Source: Terriglobia bacterium
GTDB lineage: Bacteria > Acidobacteriota > Terriglobia > Acidiferrales > UBA7541
Direction of reading: 5' to 3'
DNA: 64,000 bases
Assembly (NCBI GenBank): GCA_963695545.1
Contig: OY968796.1
Span: forward strand, 3,168,001 to 3,232,000
The notes below the pieces were generated by a model. That model had not been told where the DNA came from, did not search any database, and saw nothing but the letters and a program-made list of their open reading frames with translations. The position numbers were made by a program, and so were the translations under genes. Numbering within the stretch: the first letter of the stretch is position 1; each line of letters begins with the position of its first letter. This document shows positions 49,698 through 59,214 of this stretch, piece after piece.

Positions 49698-52424
49698 TTA
49701 GCTAGGCGCGCCGCCGGATAATTTTTCCATTTCCGCGAAACGGTCGCCCAATTTGACCAATTCGACTTCGCGCTCGGCCAGCGTTTCTCGAGCCCAGCGA
49801 CGATCTCCGCGGGAGCGCGCTGGCGAAACGTCGGGTCCGCCAAGCGTTTCTTCTTCGATTCAATATCGCGTGTCAATCGCTCTCGTTCTTTCGCGATGCG
49901 CACAAGTTCGGCCTGGGCATCGACAGCCTCGCCGTAAGCGATGCGCAAATCGAATTGCGCTGTGGAGCGCAACGCCCCGCCCGCGGCTTCGAGCATTTGT
50001 CGCGCGATGCGCAGGTCGGTGAGTATCGCAAGACGCGCAATCGAATCTCGGTGTGCTTCAGCAACCGCGCGAACTGCAAGGTCGGACGCAAAGAACTCCG
50101 CCGCAACTTTGCGCTTCGCGTCCACCTTCATCTCCGCGCGAAGATTGCGGGCGGCGGTGATGATTTCTTCAAGGAGCGCGAAGTCGGCCTCGGCCTGATC
50201 GTCCTTCCATTCCGCGCGCGCGGTAGGAAACGCCGCAAGCGCGATCGATCGCGCACCCTCCCTTTGCGGAAGCCGCTGCCACAGTTCCTCGGTGAGGAAC
50301 GGCATGAAGGGATGCAACAATCGCAAGGAAGCCTCGAACGCGGCGAACAGATTCTTCCACGAATCGCAGCGCGTTCCCGGTCCGTCGAAGAAAGTTCCGG
50401 CTTCACCCATTCGATGTACCAATCGCAAAAATCGCCCCAGAAGAAGTGGTAGACCACATGCGCCGCCTCATGGAATCGAAATCCCTCGAGCGCGTCATTC
50501 ATTTCCTCGGTAACGCGCGCGAGCCGCGCGAAAATCCAGCGGTCGGCCAGCGGCACGGTGCCGGCCGGTGCAGGGCACGGCGCGCCTTCGCGAATTTCGG
50601 GAGCGGCCAGATCTTCGAGCGTGGTTCCCGTCGCCGTCGAGAACTTATCGAGATTCAAAAACAGAAATCGCGCCGCGTTCCAAATCTTGTTCGCGAACGC
50701 GCGATAGCTCAGGATGCGGTCTTCGCTCAGCACGATGTCCGTGCCGGGCGCGGCCATGCTGGCGAGCGTGAAGCGCATGGCGTCGGTCCCAAATTTCCGA
50801 TTGAGTTCGATCGGATCGATGCCCGTGCCCTTGGACTTCGACATCTTTTGCCCTTCGGCCGTACGCACGAGCGAATGGAGGTAAACGCTGGCGGAACGGA
50901 ACTTTGCCCGTGAAGTTTCAGTCCCATCATGATCATTCGCGCGACCCAGAAAAAAAGAATGTCGTACCCGGTAATCAGCAGGCTCGTCGGATAGTACGTT
51001 TTGTAGTCAGGTGTTTCGTCCGGCCAGCCCATGGTCGAAAATGGCCAGAGCGCCGAACTGAACCATGTTTCCAGCATGTCGGGATCCTGCACGGGTTTCG
51101 CCGCGCCACATTTCGGGCACGCCGCTGGCGCCGTGCGCGCCACGATAATTTCTGCGCAGTCGGCGCAGTGCCACGCGGGAATGCGGTGTCCCCACCAGAT
51201 TTGCCGCGAGATGCACCAATCGCGAATATTGCGCATCCACTCGAAATATACGCCGCGCCAATGCTCGGGCACAATTTCAATTTCGCCGCGCTCGACGGCG
51301 GCTATCGCGGGATCGGCCAGCGGCTTCATCTTCACGAACCACTGCGTCGAAGCGCGCGGCTCAACCACCGTTCCGCAGCGATCGCAGGTGCCGACGGCGT
51401 GCGTGTGATCCTCGACCCGCGCTAGAAGTCCCTGCGCCTCGAGATCGCGCACGATTTTGTCGCGCGCCGCGAAGCGATCAAGTCCCGCGTAAGGCCCCGC
51501 GGCCTCGCTCATAATCGCGTCATCGGTCATCACGTCGATTTCCGGCAGGTTGTGGCGGCGTCCCATCTCGAAGTCGTTCGGATCGTGCGCCGGCGTGACC
51601 TTCACGGCGCCCGTGCCGAATTCGCGGTCCACAAATCGATCGGCCACGATGGGAATTTCGCGGCCGATCAACGGCAACCGCACTTTCTTGCCGATCATGC
51701 CGCGATATCGTTCGTCGTCCGGGTGCACGGCCACGCCGGTGTCCCCGAGCATCGTTTCGGGCCGCGTCGTGGCCACAACGATGGAATCCGATCCATCCGC
51801 GAGTGGATAGCGGATGTGCCACAAATGCCCCTGCCGTTCCTGATGAACCACCTCGAGATCGCTCATCGCCGTGCGGCATTGCGGGCACCAATTCACGATG
51901 TAGTGCCCGCGATAAATCAGCCCATCTTCGTAAAGGCGCACAAAAACTTCGGTCACCGCGCGCGACATTTCGGGTGAAAGCGTGAAGCGTTCGCGAGTCC
52001 AATCGCAGCTCTCGCCGATTTGGATCATCTGCCGCGTGATCGTGCCGCCGGATTCTTCTTTCCAGCGCCACACTTCATCCAGAAATCTCTCGCGGCCCTA
52101 GCGCTCGGTAATCGATCGCCGCGCGCTTGCAGTTGGCGCACCACGACGCGTTGCGTTGAAATCGCCGCGTGGTCTGTGCCCGGCAGATAGAGCGTGTTAT
52201 ACCCCGCGCATGCGCTGCCAGCGCGTGAGGATGTCGATTTCGGTGTGATCGAGCATGTGGCCGATGTGCAGCAACCCGGTGACGTTCGGCGGCGGGATCA
52301 CGATGGAGAAGACCGGGCCCGGCGCGTTCGCATCGGCGCGAAACAATTCCTGCTCGACCCAGGCGCGCGCCCACTTCTGCTCGATCTCGTGCGGTTCATA
52401 AGCTTTCGGAATCTCGATGGGCAT
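49698..52424 (-). pseudogene. valS: Valine--tRNA ligase, full length but frameshifted ~7 times (probably sequence error)
   Basis: [46 protein letters not shown] and coiled-coil tail spread over several frames; stop TAA at 49698. Confidence 0.85.
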
Positions 52425-52451
52425 GATTGGGCGTCGAAAAGCGAGATGAAT

Positions 52452-52481
52452 ACTATACGGGGCACGGCACGAACCGGTCAA
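52452..52481 (-). promoter_or_regulatory. Sigma70-like promoter of valS
   Basis: TTGACC-18 nt-TATAGT, ~28 nt upstream of the ATG. Confidence 0.55.
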
Positions 52482-52544
52482 ATTCGCGAAAGTGTCTTTG
52501 GGTGAAGACTCAAGGAGATTGGCCTGCGGTCCGCGGGCAGGTAC

Positions 52545-54164
52545 TTACTTCTTGTCGAGTTCGCCGCGCACGAGGGCGGAGACTACCGGTTTCAAGAAAT
52601 CTTCGTTGATCATGTCCGCGATTTTCGGTTGCAGCTTCTCGAGCACTCGCGCCACCACCGCGTTCACCATTTCATCTGTCGAGGCAGAGGTCGCGAAAGG
52701 CGCCTCGGTCCCCGATACGCTGGCCGCCGGCGCGACGTCCGCGTGCGCAGGTGTGGGCGACTCCGAAGCGAAAGATACCTCTTGAGCATGAGTGGCCGCG
52801 GCCACCGCCTCAGCCGGGATTTTTTGGGTGTCGGCGAGCTCTTGCGCTGGCTGTCCTATCTTTAGCGCTGCAGTCGCGTACCACGCGTCCGATTCGGGGA
52901 GCGAAGCCGCTTTATCGGTAGCGGGCTCGGCAGCTGGATGGCTCACGGACGATTCGATCTCTGCGGCAGCCGCATCAGGCTCGTTCCAAACCGCCGATGC
53001 GGGCGCAAAGGCCGATTCGCCCGACGAACCCAACTCGATCATCGGTGTGACCGGACCCGGCGTCCAATCGGAACCGGCATCGGCTCCGTCTTCGTTCGAC
53101 GGAACAAAATCGGGATCCGCGGCCACCGGCGGGGGCATCAGCCAATCATTCTCATCCGCGGCCGATTCCGGCTTGTATTCTTCGGACGCCGCCGGTTCAG
53201 AAGCCGCGGCAGTCTCCGCCCAGGACTCCGATTGAATTTCAAATTGCGGATCAGTTTCCACGTACGCGGCGGGCTCGGGCTGGGCGGCAGCTTGCGGTTC
53301 GACTACCGCTTCCGCGGGCGCCTCGTCTTCAACTATCGGCGAGTCAAAGTATCCCGGCTTCGGTGCGACAGGTTCAAATTCGTGCCCCAGAGCGTGATCG
53401 TTCTCGCCGGCGTGTTCGTCTTCTTGCGCGCCCTCGGCCGCTTCTTCGGGTTCCGCGGGATGCCAGAACGACGGCTCGCCCAGCGCCGCATCGCGCTGCT
53501 GTGTCATCACCTCAGAGTCTTCAACTTCCGTTTGCGCCGAAGCTTCCATGTGCGGCGGAGCCACCGCCGCAGGCGCGGCGGTTTCAAACGCGTCGCGTCC
53601 CATCGGCGGATAATCGATCTCCGGGGATTCCTCGATGGACGGAAGAGCTTCGATAACGCGCGCGCGTTGAAATACAGGCTGCACCGGCGCCGCATGCACT
53701 TCGGAAGCAACCGCCACCGCAACCGGCTCCAATCGTTCCGGCGCCGATTTTTCCAGCATCGCTTTCACAAGCGCGATCATCGGATCGGGCGGCACGAATG
53801 GTTTCTTCAGCACGCCATCGGCGCCAACGCGCTTGGCTTCGGCTTCGTCCAACGGATCGAACGCGCCGAGCAGCAGAATCACGGGAATGTGCGAGAAGCG
53901 GGTATCGTTCTTGACGTACTCACAGACCTCATAGCCGCTGCGCACCGGCATGAACACGTCGGCCAGTATCAGGTCCGGTTTCAGTTGCGCCATGCTGCGC
54001 ACGGCCGCTTCGCCGTTGCCCACGGCTACGACGTCGATGCCATGATCCTTGAGCGCCAGCGACACCATGCGCTGAATGTTGCTGTTGTCGTCGGCGACCA
54101 GGATCCTGGCCGCGCGTGCGCCGCCTAGGTTTGCAGCAGAGTCGCGATTCGAGAGGATTTCCAC
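52545..54164 (-). CDS. RomR-like protein: receiver domain, long acidic Pro/Ala/Glu disordered region, C-terminal amphipathic helices
   Basis: ILVADD, ADVFMPVRSGYEVC, LLGAFDPLDE, KPF; ~350 aa low-complexity linker; ends VVARVLEKLQPKIADMINEDFLKPVVSALVRGELDKK. Confidence 0.8.
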   Translation of the reverse strand: MEILSNRDSAANLGGARAARILVADDNSNIQRMVSLALKDHGIDVVAVGNGEAAVRSMAQLKPDLILADVFMPVRSGYEVCEYVKNDTRFSHIPVILLLGAFDPLDEAEAKRVGADGVLKKPFVPPDPMIALVKAMLEKSAPERLEPVAVAVASEVHAAPVQPVFQRARVIEALPSIEESPEIDYPPMGRDAFETAAPAAVAPPHMEASAQTEVEDSEVMTQQRDAALGEPSFWHPAEPEEAAEGAQEDEHAGENDHALGHEFEPVAPKPGYFDSPIVEDEAPAEAVVEPQAAAQPEPAAYVETDPQFEIQSESWAETAAASEPAASEEYKPESAADENDWLMPPPVAADPDFVPSNEDGADAGSDWTPGPVTPMIELGSSGESAFAPASAVWNEPDAAAAEIESSVSHPAAEPATDKAASLPESDAWYATAALKIGQPAQELADTQKIPAEAVAAATHAQEVSFASESPTPAHADVAPAASVSGTEAPFATSASTDEMVNAVVARVLEKLQPKIADMINEDFLKPVVSALVRGELDKK

Positions 54165-54297
54165 GTTAGTCTCGCACTGGTCCTTCCACCCATAGGTAGC
54201 ATCCGCGACTGGGGGGCGTCAACACGAACTCGGCGGTCTTGTGCCCGACTATAACATTGAGAGGCTGTCCGCACGCGGTTTGGGCCCGCAGCGAGGG

Positions 54298-55755
54298 TCA
54301 GAAGGGGAAGTGTTTCTTCTTTTTCTTGCTCGACGACTCGTTTTTCGAGTTCGAGGTCTCGGTTGCTGGCTGGCATGAGCTGGAAGATGTCCCGCTCGCC
54401 GTGTCGCTGGCCGCCGGAGTGGTCTGCGTCGAGGCTGCCGCCACCGTCGCACCCGGCGGGCAGGTAGCCGTGGAGCCTGGGGTAGCCGAGGTCGCCGCCT
54501 GTGTGCTCGTGGAAGTCGTCGAGCCCTGTACTGTGTTTCCAACGCTCCCCGAAGCTGTCCCCCCGACGGTCGCTCCTCCAGTCTCGTCGGCAGCGCCCGG
54601 AGCGGTCTGCGTTGGCGAATCGGGGCCGTTCGATCCAACGGGCGCGTCGCCGGTCGCGCCGGTCGGCGTCGCCTCGGGCGACGACGCCGGACGCGCGCTC
54701 GAGGTGCCTGGCGTGACGGTCTCGACCACCGCGGTCGTGCCCGCCCCGCCTCCGCCCGTTCCACCAGTCGACATGGCGCCCGGCGTCAGCGACTCGCCCG
54801 CCTCATCCGGCGGTTCAAGGTTGGGCATTCCAGTGTGCGCCGCCATCGCCACGTCCGGACCGTTTTTCAACATCCCCAGGGGCTTCGTCAATATATTCGA
54901 GCGCGGCCGCGGAGTGTTTGCTTCTGCCTGCATGCGCGCCATGGCTCCCGGATCGGGCTGCGGAACGGGCGCGCCGAGCGCCACCAGTCTGTTCTTGGCG
55001 TCACCCGCCATCGAAGAAAGCGGATAATTCCTCACGATGTTCGCGTAATAATTCGCGGCGATTTCCTTCTTCTCGCTCTTTTCGTAAATCTGTCCCAGCA
55101 TCCAATTGGCTTGATCCGCCCGGCTATAAAGCGGATAGCGCTGCACCAGTTCGATCAGGCGCCCCGCCGAAGCGCGGTACGACCCACGCATGTAATAGAA
55201 GCGCGCGATCCGGAAATCGCCCTCCGCCAGAACCTCCTGCACCTCGCGCAAGCGCTGCTCAGCTTGTGGCTCGAGCTTGCTGTTGGGATATTTCTGGATG
55301 AAGGTCTGAAATTCGGCTTCCGCATTCACCGCCTCGGACGAATCCCGGTCGGGCTTGACCATCATGCGGTAATACGTCATTCCCACCTGCATCTGCGCGT
55401 ACGCAGCCTCGTCGAGAAAGGGGAAGAACGTGATGAAATCTTTGTATTCGGCGATGGCCTGGGTGAGCCCCGACGTCCCGCCTTCCTTGAAATACGAATC
55501 GGCGATTGCGAGCTTGGCCTTGGCCAGATATTCGCTGTCGGGATAAGTGTTCTCCAGCGTTTGCAGCGAGAGCCGCGCCACGTCGAAGCGCCCGTGTTTG
55601 ATGTCGTCGAGCGCGCGGTTGTACAGCACGCTGTCCGGTGCCGCGCTGGTCGCCATAGGCGCGGCCGCCGTGGTTTTCTTTCCGAAGCAGCCGCTTCCGC
55701 CAACGCAAGCGATCAGCGCGCATGCCAGTGTCGTCTTGTGGAATTTTCGGAACAT
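54298..55755 (-). CDS. bamD: Outer membrane assembly lipoprotein BamD with long C-terminal tail
   Basis: Lipobox GSGC, NTYPDSEY, KPDRD, IARFY. Confidence 0.9.
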   Translation of the reverse strand: MFRKFHKTTLACALIACVGGSGCFGKKTTAAAPMATSAAPDSVLYNRALDDIKHGRFDVARLSLQTLENTYPDSEYLAKAKLAIADSYFKEGGTSGLTQAIAEYKDFITFFPFLDEAAYAQMQVGMTYYRMMVKPDRDSSEAVNAEAEFQTFIQKYPNSKLEPQAEQRLREVQEVLAEGDFRIARFYYMRGSYRASAGRLIELVQRYPLYSRADQANWMLGQIYEKSEKKEIAANYYANIVRNYPLSSMAGDAKNRLVALGAPVPQPDPGAMARMQAEANTPRPRSNILTKPLGMLKNGPDVAMAAHTGMPNLEPPDEAGESLTPGAMSTGGTGGGGAGTTAVVETVTPGTSSARPASSPEATPTGATGDAPVGSNGPDSPTQTAPGAADETGGATVGGTASGSVGNTVQGSTTSTSTQAATSATPGSTATCPPGATVAAASTQTTPAASDTASGTSSSSCQPATETSNSKNESSSKKKKKHFPF

Positions 55756-55801
55756 ATTTGGAATCCGCCCCCGAATAACAGTTTCTATGGTTTGCCGTTC
55801 T

Positions 55802-56530
55802 TCATACTTTCGAAGCGCCGCGCTCCGCGCGTACCGGTTGCGCGAGTGCTTCCGTGGCGGCCTGTTTCAGCGAATGGACCGCGGCGGCGGGGTCCGCGGT
55901 GTGGAAGATGGATGTGCCGGCCACCAGTATTTGTGCCCCGGCGCGCACAATCTGCGCGACGTTCCCCAGATCGATTCCCCCATCCACTTCGATCCGGAAG
56001 TTTGCATTGTACCGCTCTCGCATCTTTCGCAGCTTCTGAATTTTCTCCAGCGTGTTCGGAATGAATGACTGCCCGCCAAATCCCGGATTCACCGACATCA
56101 CCAAAACATGATCCACTCGATCCAGCACTTCCGAGAGCATTTCGACCGGCGTCCCCGGGTTGATCACCGCGCCCGCGCCGCGCCCGCGTTCACGAATCAT
56201 TTCCAGCGCGCGATCCAGGTGCGGCGTGGCTTCCTGGTGCACCGAGATCATGTCCGCCCCGGCCTCCACGAAAGCCTCGATAAATTCCTCGGGATTCTCG
56301 ATCATCAGATGCACGTCGAGTGGCAGGCGGGTTGCCTTGCGCAAGGAAGCCACCACCGGCACGCCGACCGTAATGTTCGGCACAAAGTGCCCGTCCATCA
56401 CGTCCACATGGATAATGTCGGCGCCGCCGCGCTCTACCGCGCGAATGGCTTCTTCGAGAGACGCGAAATTCGCTGCCAGAATGGACGGAGCGATGGCTAC
56501 AGCGGGATGCACAGTATCGTCAATCTCCAT
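55802..56530 (-). CDS. rpe: Ribulose-phosphate 3-epimerase
   Basis: APSILAA, HVDVMDGHFVPN, DVHLM, MSVNPGFGGQ, VDGGI. Confidence 0.97.
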   Translation of the reverse strand: MEIDDTVHPAVAIAPSILAANFASLEEAIRAVERGGADIIHVDVMDGHFVPNITVGVPVVASLRKATRLPLDVHLMIENPEEFIEAFVEAGADMISVHQEATPHLDRALEMIRERGRGAGAVINPGTPVEMLSEVLDRVDHVLVMSVNPGFGGQSFIPNTLEKIQKLRKMRERYNANFRIEVDGGIDLGNVAQIVRAGAQILVAGTSIFHTADPAAAVHSLKQAATEALAQPVRAERGASKV

Positions 56531-56567
56531 GCGCATCTTAGCACAGGCAGCGGGAGGTTTGTCTTAC

Positions 56568-56591
56568 GTAGCGGAGGCTTCGAGGCCTCCG
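56568..56591 (+). repeat. REP-like hairpin (second family)
   Basis: GTAG-CGGAGGC-TTCGAG-GCCTCCG; similar element at 60667. Confidence 0.55.
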
Positions 56592-56607
56592 TCTTGGCAG
56601 TAAGGGC

Positions 56608-57336
56608 TTAAGGCGCCACGTCCAAATCAATCAGCATGTCCGCCGAAACACGCGCCCCCGCCGCCGGCGTCTCCGCCACCACCGTGCCCTTCAACGCCGA
56701 AGAAACCGTGAGCACATTCACCTGTCCGATTCTCAATCCGGCATCCGCAATCTCGCGGCTCGCGTCGGTCTCCGAAAGTCCCACGAACGACGGCATCACG
56801 TAAGCCACCGGCCGGTCGCCCTCAGACACCAGCACATCCACGCGCGGCGAAACCGCCTTCATCCCCGATCCAGGATCCTGCTCCACAATCGAGTCCGGCG
56901 TCATCCCCGGCAAATAGCTCGTCGAAATTTCTCCGGGCTGCAGGCCCGATCGCAGCAGCTCAATCTCCGCCGCGCGCAAACTTTCATCCGTCAGTTGCGG
57001 AATCGAAATCGTATTCGCGCCCAAACTCAGCACCACGTGCGCGTCCTGCCCCACCTTCATCATCTCTCCCGCCGGCGGACTCTGCCGCACGACGTCTCCC
57101 ACAGGCAGGCCGCTGAACACGCGATCGGAAACTCTGATCTCGAGCTTGCTCGTAGAAAGCAATTTTGTCGCTTGCGCCGTGCTCTTGCCCACCAAATCCG
57201 GCATCGCCACTTCGCTACCGCGAATCGCGAACCGTATCGCCGTAACCGCGCTCAAAAACGCCGCCGCCGCCAAAATAAACACCATCAGCGCCGTCCGAAA
57301 CGCCCACTCCAACCGTTCACGAAACGTCTTCGCCAA
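56608..57336 (-). CDS. Membrane-anchored triple PASTA-domain protein
   Basis: N-terminal TM; MPDLVGKS, IPQLTDES, MPSFVGLS repeats. Confidence 0.88.
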   Translation of the reverse strand: MAKTFRERLEWAFRTALMVFILAAAAFLSAVTAIRFAIRGSEVAMPDLVGKSTAQATKLLSTSKLEIRVSDRVFSGLPVGDVVRQSPPAGEMMKVGQDAHVVLSLGANTISIPQLTDESLRAAEIELLRSGLQPGEISTSYLPGMTPDSIVEQDPGSGMKAVSPRVDVLVSEGDRPVAYVMPSFVGLSETDASREIADAGLRIGQVNVLTVSSALKGTVVAETPAAGARVSADMLIDLDVAP

Positions 57337-58645
57337 GCGCGGTTTCCCCTATCTCCAAGTTTCTCACAATCTCGATCGCCACATGCGTCTTACACGGCGC
57401 CGATTCGCGCGTCGCGATCATCGCGGAAACTCCCACAATCAACGCCGCCATCCAATACCATGCCGGCGCCATGGGGCTTCCAGTTTCCCGAATCAGCCAC
57501 GTCACCATATATTGCGTGCTGCCGCCAAACGTCGCGATGGACACCGCGTAAATCACCCCGACACCGCCCGAACGAATCGCCGGAGGCAAAGATTCGGTCA
57601 TCCACACAATAATCGGGCTTACCCACACCGAAGACGCAATCGACAGCACCGCGGTCGCCCCTAACAGTGTGGCCGACGTGCGGTAGTGCGAGATCACATA
57701 GAATGCCGGAAGCACAGTCGCGAGCAGCAGCGCGGCGCCCACCATCATCACCGGTTTGCGCCCGATCCGGTCGGACCACGCGCCGCTCACCAAATCGAAG
57801 CAAACTCCGCACAGGCCCACTACGATCGTCGCCGCAAACGCGACGTTCGCGTGCATGTGCAACGTCGCGATCGCGTACGTCGTCATGTAGGACCTGATGT
57901 AGGTGCCGACGGTTGCCGCGGCGAGCATCATCAATCCGAGCACCGCGATTCGCGCGTGCGGCCGCAGCGCAACGCGTTCGCGTTTGCCGGCTTCCGCCGC
58001 GTGAAACGTTTCCGGCAAGCTCCGCCGCATCACCAGGCCAAACGGCACAATCGCCGCGCCCGCCAGAAACGCGATGCGCCATCCGAAACTTTGCAATTGC
58101 CGCTCGTTAAGCAAATTCGCAAGCGCAAAACCGACGAGCCCCGACGTCAGCACGGCCAGACTCTGACTCCAGCCCTGAAACGCCGTATAAAATCCTCGAC
58201 GATCGAGCGGCGCCGCTTCCAATAGAAATGCCGTCGACGGTCCCACCTCGCCGCCCAGCGCAAATCCCTGCAACATCCGAAAGAAAATCACGAGCACGGG
58301 CGCTGCGACTCCGATCATCGAATGTGGCGGCGTCAGCGCAACCCCCACGATCGCCACGCCCATCAGCGAAAAGCACAGCAGCATCGCCGGCTTGCGCCCA
58401 AGGCGATCGCCCATCCTCCCGATCACCAGGCCGCCAATAGGCCTCGTGACGAACCCCACCCCAAACGTCGCAAGCGACGCGAGCAAACTTGCTGTCGGCG
58501 AGTTGGAAGGAAAGAAAGCTCTGCCGATATACACCGCGAAAAACGCGTAGGTCAAAAAATCATAGAACTCGAGCGCATTCCCGGCCACTACGGCCGCGAC
58601 GTAGCGCGCCGGAATCGATCCCCGCGTCTCCGTCAGCGCTGCCAT
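57317..58645 (-). CDS. MFS transporter, metabolite:H+ symporter family
   Basis: GNALEFYDF, RPIGG, DRLGRK, RMLQGFALGGE, DRIGRK. Confidence 0.92.
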   Translation of the reverse strand: MAALTETRGSIPARYVAAVVAGNALEFYDFLTYAFFAVYIGRAFFPSNSPTASLLASLATFGVGFVTRPIGGLVIGRMGDRLGRKPAMLLCFSLMGVAIVGVALTPPHSMIGVAAPVLVIFFRMLQGFALGGEVGPSTAFLLEAAPLDRRGFYTAFQGWSQSLAVLTSGLVGFALANLLNERQLQSFGWRIAFLAGAAIVPFGLVMRRSLPETFHAAEAGKRERVALRPHARIAVLGLMMLAAATVGTYIRSYMTTYAIATLHMHANVAFAATIVVGLCGVCFDLVSGAWSDRIGRKPVMMVGAALLLATVLPAFYVISHYRTSATLLGATAVLSIASSVWVSPIIVWMTESLPPAIRSGGVGVIYAVSIATFGGSTQYMVTWLIRETGSPMAPAWYWMAALIVGVSAMIATRESAPCKTHVAIEIVRNLEIGETALGEDVS

Positions 58646-58904
58646 CGGTTGGCTCCTCGGTTCGCGTTCGCCCGGTGTGAGTGCATTAGAGCATACGTAC
58701 TGGGTTTAAGCGCGACCCTGTGCAACTGGATCACGCCTCCGAAATCAATTCGGAACACCGTCCATCAGTTTTCCCACAACTCGCTCAAAATCCGTTAACG
58801 CCAAGGAACACGCTCGGCGGGTCATTTGTCGATCAGCGCGCTAATCGTCAATCGAGCCCGGGCGGTTGTAATTCAACGAAAGTTCATGTAGTGAGGGCAA
58901 TAGG

Positions 58905-59168
58905 ATGCGTGATCGGCTCATCATTCTTGCGTTTCTGACGGGTGCGCTGTTCGGCCTGACCCACGGCGTTCTCATGCTGTCTTCTCCTTCGAGACACAGG
59001 TGGTTCAGTTACTGGCTGGGCCACCGCTTTCAACGGCCCAATTTCACTTTCGACAATGATGCACATCATAGAGGCTGGGATATCGAATACCGCCTAGTGG
59101 GATTATTTATTGTAGCTGGCTGCGGTTTCTACCTCTGGGTGGGGCTTCGTAAGCTACTCATGCCGTAA
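58905..59168 (+). CDS. Small two-TM hypothetical membrane protein
   Basis: 87 aa, GAGG upstream, two hydrophobic segments, visibly lower GC than flanks. Confidence 0.5.
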   Translation: MRDRLIILAFLTGALFGLTHGVLMLSSPSRHRWFSYWLGHRFQRPNFTFDNDAHHRGWDIEYRLVGLFIVAGCGFYLWVGLRKLLMP

Positions 59169-59214
59169 CGTGGCACGCTGGTGGCGGCGGATACGATCGT
59201 GAAGCGGGATGGCT

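Noticed and set aside
49698..52424. Programmed frameshifting in valS
   Set aside because: Too many mixed-sign indels and no slippery heptamers
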